Assembly (NCBI GenBank): GCA_030643485.1
Contig: DAOWLG010000038.1
Coordinates: 1-58,424 of the forward strand
DNA from: Candidatus Nealsonbacteria bacterium
GTDB taxonomy: Bacteria; Patescibacteriota; Minisyncoccia; Minisyncoccales; JAGMDC01
Direction of reading: 5' to 3'
Length of the DNA stretch: 58,424 nt
The notes under the pieces are model-generated. The model was given only the letters and a program-made list of their open reading frames with translations, was not told where the DNA came from and did no database searches. Shown here one piece after another: positions 58,320 through 58,424 of this stretch. A program made the position numbers and the translations under genes. Each line of letters opens with the position of its first letter. Position 1 is the first letter of the stretch.

Positions 58320-58424
58320 ATGGGCGAAGAAGCGAAAAGTAAAAAATTGCGTACAGCCAATGATTTGATAAATGAAGCAGTGGAAGAACAAAAAGAGAGA
58401 GAAAAAATTGATTTGAATACTTAC
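58320..58424 (+). CDS. 5' end of an unidentified gene (runs off the window)
   Basis: ATG 58320 preceded by AAGAGGAG about 15 nt upstream. Product MGEEAKSKKLRTANDLINEAVEEQKEREKIDLNTY... Confidence 0.35.
   Translation, partial: MGEEAKSKKLRTANDLINEAVEEQKEREKIDLNTY

Overview
This is a 58.4-kb, AT-rich, gene-dense bacterial segment. Its gene content suggests a small-genome CPR/Patescibacteria-type organism (inference): compact housekeeping genes, many type IV pilin-like genes, TrbC/VirB2-like pilin modules fused to large surface domains, a VirB4/PrgI-only T4SS core, COG1373 ATPases, and a GIY-YIG gene embedded in GTCATTGCGAG repeats. The window spans the replication-origin neighbourhood (rpmH | dnaA-dnaN with DnaA-box clusters). 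It holds 5 tRNAs and many housekeeping genes: rplS, recG, hisS, htrA-like, ruvA, rpsT, holA, PBP1A, rnpA-yidD-yidC-jag, glyQS, tldD/pmbA, metG and tatD. Accessory content: (1) a SAM-I riboswitch in front of two paralogous small ORFs; (2) a type II R-M pair with zinc-ribbon insertions; (3) a 6.8-kb type III R-M island (XRE, Mod, AlbA_2/COG2865-like, Res) next to tRNA-Ala, bounded by 37-bp repeats; (4) type IV pilus genes split over two loci; (5) a 12-kb T4SS-like surface-protein cluster. The most striking observation is that ribosomal protein L34 is fused in frame to a pseudopilin exactly at the prepilin G|F cleavage site. An orphan 8-codon prepilin-leader ORF (MSKKECVI) sits in front of rnpA 8.5 kb away. 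Swapping the two junctions restores a normal rpmH-rnpA operon and a perfect MSKKG|FTLVELL prepilin, which indicates an origin-spanning 8.5-kb inversion or an assembly chimera. The window is also saturated with several families of palindromic repeats. One is a covarying three-way-junction element. Several others sit in frame inside housekeeping genes (recG, pilD, metG, tatD), reminiscent of Rickettsia palindromic elements. No CRISPR array, rRNA, integrase or transposase was seen. All motif coordinates were counted by hand and may be off by 1-2 nt. No similarity search or folding program was run.
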